This document shows, piece after piece, positions 36,510-40,267 of a stretch of DNA of 40,267 nucleotides. The notes below the pieces were generated by a model. That model was not told the origin of the DNA. It ran no database searches and saw nothing but the letters and a program-made list of their open reading frames with translations. The DNA comes from a candidate division WOR-3 bacterium (GTDB taxonomy: Bacteria > Hydrothermota > Hydrothermia > Hydrothermales > Hydrothermaceae). The stretch lies in the NCBI GenBank assembly GCA_039803745.1, contig JBDRZD010000006.1, positions 1 to 40,267 of the forward strand. Direction: 5' to 3'. The position numbers and the translations under genes are program-made. Each line of letters begins with the position of its first letter. The first letter of the stretch is position 1.

Positions 36510-36589
36510 AATTTAAACTAAAATTTCTTTCAAGTCAAATAAAAGGCAAATTTTAAAGTTTGAAAAATAAAGGATAAATGTATTATAAT
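36510..36589. promoter_or_regulatory. Divergent sigma70 promoters
   Basis: Minus strand: TTGACT(36538-36533)-N17-TAAATT. Plus strand: TTGAAA(36560-36565)-N18-TATAAT(36584-36589), 6 nt before the ATG at 36596. Confidence 0.5.
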
Positions 36590-36595
36590 TCAAAT

Positions 36596-37753
36596 ATGAA
36601 AGATAAAAAATTTATAATAATAGGTGCAGGTGTATGTGGTATTTCCCTTTCTTATTTTTTATATAAAAACGGTGTTTCAAAGATAACGGTTTTTGAAAAG
36701 GAACTTTTAGGCTCAGGTTCAACTGGAAAATGTGTCGGGATTGCCTCAATTCAATTATGGAACGAAACTGACATAAAACTTGCAAGAAGAAGTATTGAAA
36801 TATTTGAAGAAATTTCAAAAAAGTTTCCCCATTTTAAAATAAACAAAAATGGTCTAATTACTATTTCAAGAAAAGAAAAAGGCAAAAAATATCTTATAAA
36901 AATATCAGAAATGTTAAAGAATGAAAAGATAAATTATAAAATTATGGAAGATGAAGAGATAAAGAAAAGATTCCCTTTTATAAAAGATTATAAGAATGCT
37001 TTAGTTTTAGAGACATCGCTGGATCTATATGCTGATCCGGGTATGTTCCTTTACTTCCTTTATTCTTATTTAAAAAAAGAAAATGTTGATTTTCGCCTTT
37101 TAAGAGAAGTTGAGGATTTTAAAGTGATAAATAAAGAAATAAAGGGTGTATGGGTAAGAGGTGTTTATTATCCCGGAGATATATTTATAATATGTGGAGG
37201 CGTATGGACAAGGAGTATTCTCGAAAAACTTGACATAACTATACCAATTCTACCCTATAGAACCCAAGTTGGAATTTTGAGAAAAAAATACAACTTTAAA
37301 GTGCCAATAATCCATGATGTTGAAAAAAAAATTTACATTAGAAATGAAGGAGAAGATAAATTTTTAGTTGGTGATGGCACTGAACATAAAGAGTCACCTC
37401 TTGTTTATAATGAAATTCCTGACGAAAATTTCGTTTACGAGATACTTCCAAAGATAACAGAAGTTCTTGAAAACTTTGAGGATGCTGAATATATTGGTGG
37501 ATGGGCTGGATTATGTGATGCAACGCCTGACAGGCATCCAATTATTGGTAAGATTTACGATTTTGAAAATCTTTATGTAATTTCAGGTTTCAATGGTTTT
37601 GGTTTTATGAGAATACCTGCAATTACAGAAAATTTTTCTTTTTATCTATTAGAAAATAAAATGGAAATAGATTTATCCTTTTATTTTATTGATAGATTTA
37701 AAGAGAAAATAAATTATTTTGAGATAAAGGATGGATTTTTATTTACAGATTAA
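36596..37753 (+). CDS. FAD-dependent oxidoreductase (DAO / sarcosine oxidase beta family)
   Basis: 'IIIGAGVCG', 'GSGSTG', 'WAGL...TPD.HPIIG' and 'GF.G.GF'. Confidence 0.9.
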   Translation: MKDKKFIIIGAGVCGISLSYFLYKNGVSKITVFEKELLGSGSTGKCVGIASIQLWNETDIKLARRSIEIFEEISKKFPHFKINKNGLITISRKEKGKKYLIKISEMLKNEKINYKIMEDEEIKKRFPFIKDYKNALVLETSLDLYADPGMFLYFLYSYLKKENVDFRLLREVEDFKVINKEIKGVWVRGVYYPGDIFIICGGVWTRSILEKLDITIPILPYRTQVGILRKKYNFKVPIIHDVEKKIYIRNEGEDKFLVGDGTEHKESPLVYNEIPDENFVYEILPKITEVLENFEDAEYIGGWAGLCDATPDRHPIIGKIYDFENLYVISGFNGFGFMRIPAITENFSFYLLENKMEIDLSFYFIDRFKEKINYFEIKDGFLFTD

Positions 37754-39182
37754 AAAGCCTGAAAATAAATATCCTCAATTTTTCTAAAAATTTCCTTTGG
37801 CTTTTATTTTCTTTAATTTCAATATATACCTTTCTCTTTCTCCCTACATATTTTTTAAATACCTTCTGATTTTCTTTTTCAATTTCAATCAAATAAGGTA
37901 TATTCTCTGCCTTTCCTTTATATTCATCGGTATCCTTCAATTCTGAATTTACAAATATCCTGCCCTTTGCCTTTATATAAAATAATGAATCAGAAAAAGT
38001 ATCTTTTATTATAATTTTTGAATTCCCCTTTGAAATATAAAAATCTTTAAGGAATAATATGTTTTCATCTTCACATAAGATTCTATAAAGATTAGAAGGG
38101 AAAGAACTTATCTTAATAATTTCCTTATTATAAAAGGTAAGCCCATCAATCCTTACTTCAGGATTTTTAAATCCTTCCAGTTTTAAATTTAAATCAGGAA
38201 AAGAAATTTTATAGTATAGAAAGATTGAAAAAAATATTAAAAATAATATTAAAAATGGGAATAAGGAAATAAAAACATATTTTTTCTTCCTTTTTTCAGA
38301 AGGGATTTTTATTCCTTCTATTTGGGTCGATTCAATTTTTTCCAATGAATCCATAAATTTTTTAATTATCTCATTTGTTCTTAAAATATCTTTTGGGTTT
38401 AAAACTCTCTCTATATCATTCATCATTTCCTTTGCATTTTTATATCTTTTCTCTTTATCCTTCTCAAGGGCTTTTTTTATAATCCTTAAAATTTTCTTTT
38501 TACCCTTTATTTTTGGTATTTTAAAATAACCCTTTTCTATCTTTAAAAGTATGCTTGTTGTATCCTCTCCTTTAAAAGGTTTTTCACCAAATACCATTTC
38601 ATAGATTAAAATTCCTAAGGAAAAAATATCAGAAGCAGGAACCACCTTTTCACCCTTCACTTGTTCAGGGGATAAATAATACGGTGTCCCTATCACAATG
38701 CCAGGTTGTGTAATCTCCGGCATATTTTCCCATTTTGAAACTCCAAAGTCTGTTAATTTAACAAATCCATCTTTAGAAATCATAACATTTGAAGGTTTTA
38801 TGTCTCTATGAATTATACCTTTTGAATGGGCATAATCAAGGGCTTTTAAAATTTCATAAGAAATCAAAAGGGCTATTCTTTCGTCCATTTTACCCTTAAT
38901 TTCAAGAATTCTTAAAAGGTCAAAACCGTTAACCCATTCAAAGGCATGATATATCTTTTCTTTCTTTTCGAATGTCTCATAAATTTTTACAATATTTGGA
39001 TGGTCAAGAAATGCTGCAATTTTAGCCTCTCTTTTAAATCTCTCCATTATATTTTCAGGAAGATTTACATCTCCCTCTTTTAAAAAAATAAGCCTTCCAA
39101 AAGGGATTTGTAATGCTTTGTATACTTTAAAAAAAGAACTGCTTTTTATTGTCTCAAGAATTTTATAATTATTCACCTTCAT
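37743..39182 (-). CDS. Hanks-type Ser/Thr protein kinase with TM helix and extracytoplasmic beta domain (alternative GTG start at 39176)
   Basis: 'RFKREA....LDHPNIV', 'HRDIKPSN', 'DFG', 'GTPYYLSPEQ' and 'SDIFSLG'. A TM helix follows the kinase domain. Confidence 0.93.
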   Translation of the reverse strand: MKVNNYKILETIKSSSFFKVYKALQIPFGRLIFLKEGDVNLPENIMERFKREAKIAAFLDHPNIVKIYETFEKKEKIYHAFEWVNGFDLLRILEIKGKMDERIALLISYEILKALDYAHSKGIIHRDIKPSNVMISKDGFVKLTDFGVSKWENMPEITQPGIVIGTPYYLSPEQVKGEKVVPASDIFSLGILIYEMVFGEKPFKGEDTTSILLKIEKGYFKIPKIKGKKKILRIIKKALEKDKEKRYKNAKEMMNDIERVLNPKDILRTNEIIKKFMDSLEKIESTQIEGIKIPSEKRKKKYVFISLFPFLILFLIFFSIFLYYKISFPDLNLKLEGFKNPEVRIDGLTFYNKEIIKISSFPSNLYRILCEDENILFLKDFYISKGNSKIIIKDTFSDSLFYIKAKGRIFVNSELKDTDEYKGKAENIPYLIEIEKENQKVFKKYVGRKRKVYIEIKENKSQRKFLEKLRIFIFRLFNL

Positions 39183-40002
39183 ATATTGCAACCCTATCCT
39201 TTCCCTTCATCTTCGCCTTATACATTGCCCTATCTGCTTTTTCTATTGCCTCATCAATTGATTCTGCATTTTCAGGAATCCCTGCTATTCCTATTGAAAC
39301 TGTTATTTTGAAACCCATTTTTTCATTTATATATTTTGAGAGTTCTTTTCTTAAAATTTCAGCAATATTCTCTGCTTCTTTTAAATCTGTATTCTTAAGA
39401 AAAATTAAAAATTCTTCTCCACCCCATCTTAAAGGAAAAACATGGGAAAAATTTTTAATTAAAAAATCACCAATTAAATTTAAAAGAATGTCTCCTTTTT
39501 TGTGTCCAAAGGTATCATTAAATTTTTTAAAATTGTCTATATCTATAAATAAAATTGATAAAGGAAAAACATCTTCACTCCAATTTTTTATTTTATCATC
39601 AAAAAATTTCCTTGAATAAAGACCTGTTAAACTGTCTCTATACAAATAAATTTCAAATTCCTCTTTTTTATCAAAGAAGACTGATTTAATTTCTTTTGTG
39701 CACTCATTAACGATTTCCTCCTCACCTATTTCTATTTCAAAACTGCCTATCCCTATTTTATCATTTTTTTCAATTTTCGCAAATTTTATTTTTTTCCCAT
39801 TTAGAAATGTCCCATTTTTACTTTCGTTATCCTTTATAAATATTTCATCATTCTCCTTTTTTAAAATAGCATGTCTTCTTGAAACAGTTGGATCAGAAAG
39901 AATTATATCACATCCTATTTCTCTTCCAATTAAAATCTCATCTTTTTCAAAAGGCAGACTCTTTATTAAAATCCCTCTCTTCTTAACTATTATGTAAAGC
40001 AT
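39169..40002 (-). CDS. FHA-domain diguanylate cyclase (GGEEF)
   Basis: FHA 'IGR...DI.L.DPTVSRRHA...S.NGTFLNG'. GGDEF domain 'DSLTGL', 'DIDNFK.FND.FGH..GD' and 'RWGGEEF'. Confidence 0.93.
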   Translation of the reverse strand: MLYIIVKKRGILIKSLPFEKDEILIGREIGCDIILSDPTVSRRHAILKKENDEIFIKDNESKNGTFLNGKKIKFAKIEKNDKIGIGSFEIEIGEEEIVNECTKEIKSVFFDKKEEFEIYLYRDSLTGLYSRKFFDDKIKNWSEDVFPLSILFIDIDNFKKFNDTFGHKKGDILLNLIGDFLIKNFSHVFPLRWGGEEFLIFLKNTDLKEAENIAEILRKELSKYINEKMGFKITVSIGIAGIPENAESIDEAIEKADRAMYKAKMKGKDRVAIYEGE

Positions 40003-40231
40003 TTTTCATTTTTGATTTAAAGATTTTATATCTTAAAAAACCAATTAAAAGTATTAAAATTGAAAGAAAAATGAATAAAAGACCAAGAATAAAAGTAATA
40101 GTTAAATTGAAAAATTTTATTAAAGAGCATCCAACAATAAAAAAAGCAAGAGATGTCCTTATATATGCAAGTAATGTCCTTTCATTTGCCATAATTGTTC
40201 TTTGAAATGCAAGATATTCTCTTGTATTCAT
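39983..40231 (-). CDS. DUF202 (YidH-like) small membrane protein
   Basis: 'R..LA..RT.MANERTLLAYIRT.LA' and two TM helices. ATG at 40231 preferred. Confidence 0.88.
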   Translation of the reverse strand: MNTREYLAFQRTIMANERTLLAYIRTSLAFFIVGCSLIKFFNLTITFILGLLFIFLSILILLIGFLRYKIFKSKMKNALHNS

Positions 40232-40267
40232 ATTAAAATTATAAAAATAAAAAAGGATAAAAATCAA

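Noticed and set aside
19208..36539. Shared 12-mer TTTCAAGTCAAA at 19208-19219 and 36528-36539
   Set aside because: Both coincide with a minus-strand TTGACT -35 box. Two instances in AT-rich DNA are not enough to claim a regulon.
836..39997. Many 60-160 aa ORFs inside or antisense to confident genes (e.g. 836..1171, 1448..1801, 14055..14339, 26099..26419, 36032..36451, 39149..39619)
   Set aside because: They largely or fully overlap well-supported genes and show no independent evidence.

Overview
Very AT-rich, gene-dense chromosomal window from a diderm (LPS-making) bacterium. The Lys/Glu-rich proteins, a T9SS-like C-terminal sorting tail and the TrmD 'GRYKG' variant suggest an FCB-related, possibly thermophilic lineage such as WOR-3/Hydrothermae; this is inference. 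Most of the window is housekeeping: mreBCD-mrdA-rodA, rpsP-khpA-rimM-trmD-rplS-rnhB-tpiA-secG-rplU, and a long minus-strand run (Zn-ribbon, thpR, kdsD, lpxL, lptCAB, rpoN, msbA, lipoprotein, M14 peptidase, membrane TPR protein). I found no rRNA, tRNA, CRISPR array, integrase or transposase. The most notable items are: (1) a sigma54-type module with tandem palindromic activator sites, an IHF-like site and a variant -24/-12 promoter, followed by a secreted double OB-fold protein, a probable beta-barrel, a histidine kinase, an NtrC-family activator and hypE, while the window's RpoN has unusual DNA-recognition residues; (2) a PKD/beta-propeller lipoprotein gene between hypE and a decayed second copy of the hypE 3' end; (3) an orphan cI/cro-like switch with operator-like repeats; (4) a membrane protein ORF that apparently starts at ATA, 184 codons upstream of the ORF-track call; (5) several promoters that predict leaderless mRNAs; (6) an FHA-GGDEF cyclase coupled to a Ser/Thr kinase lacking the Gly-rich loop.
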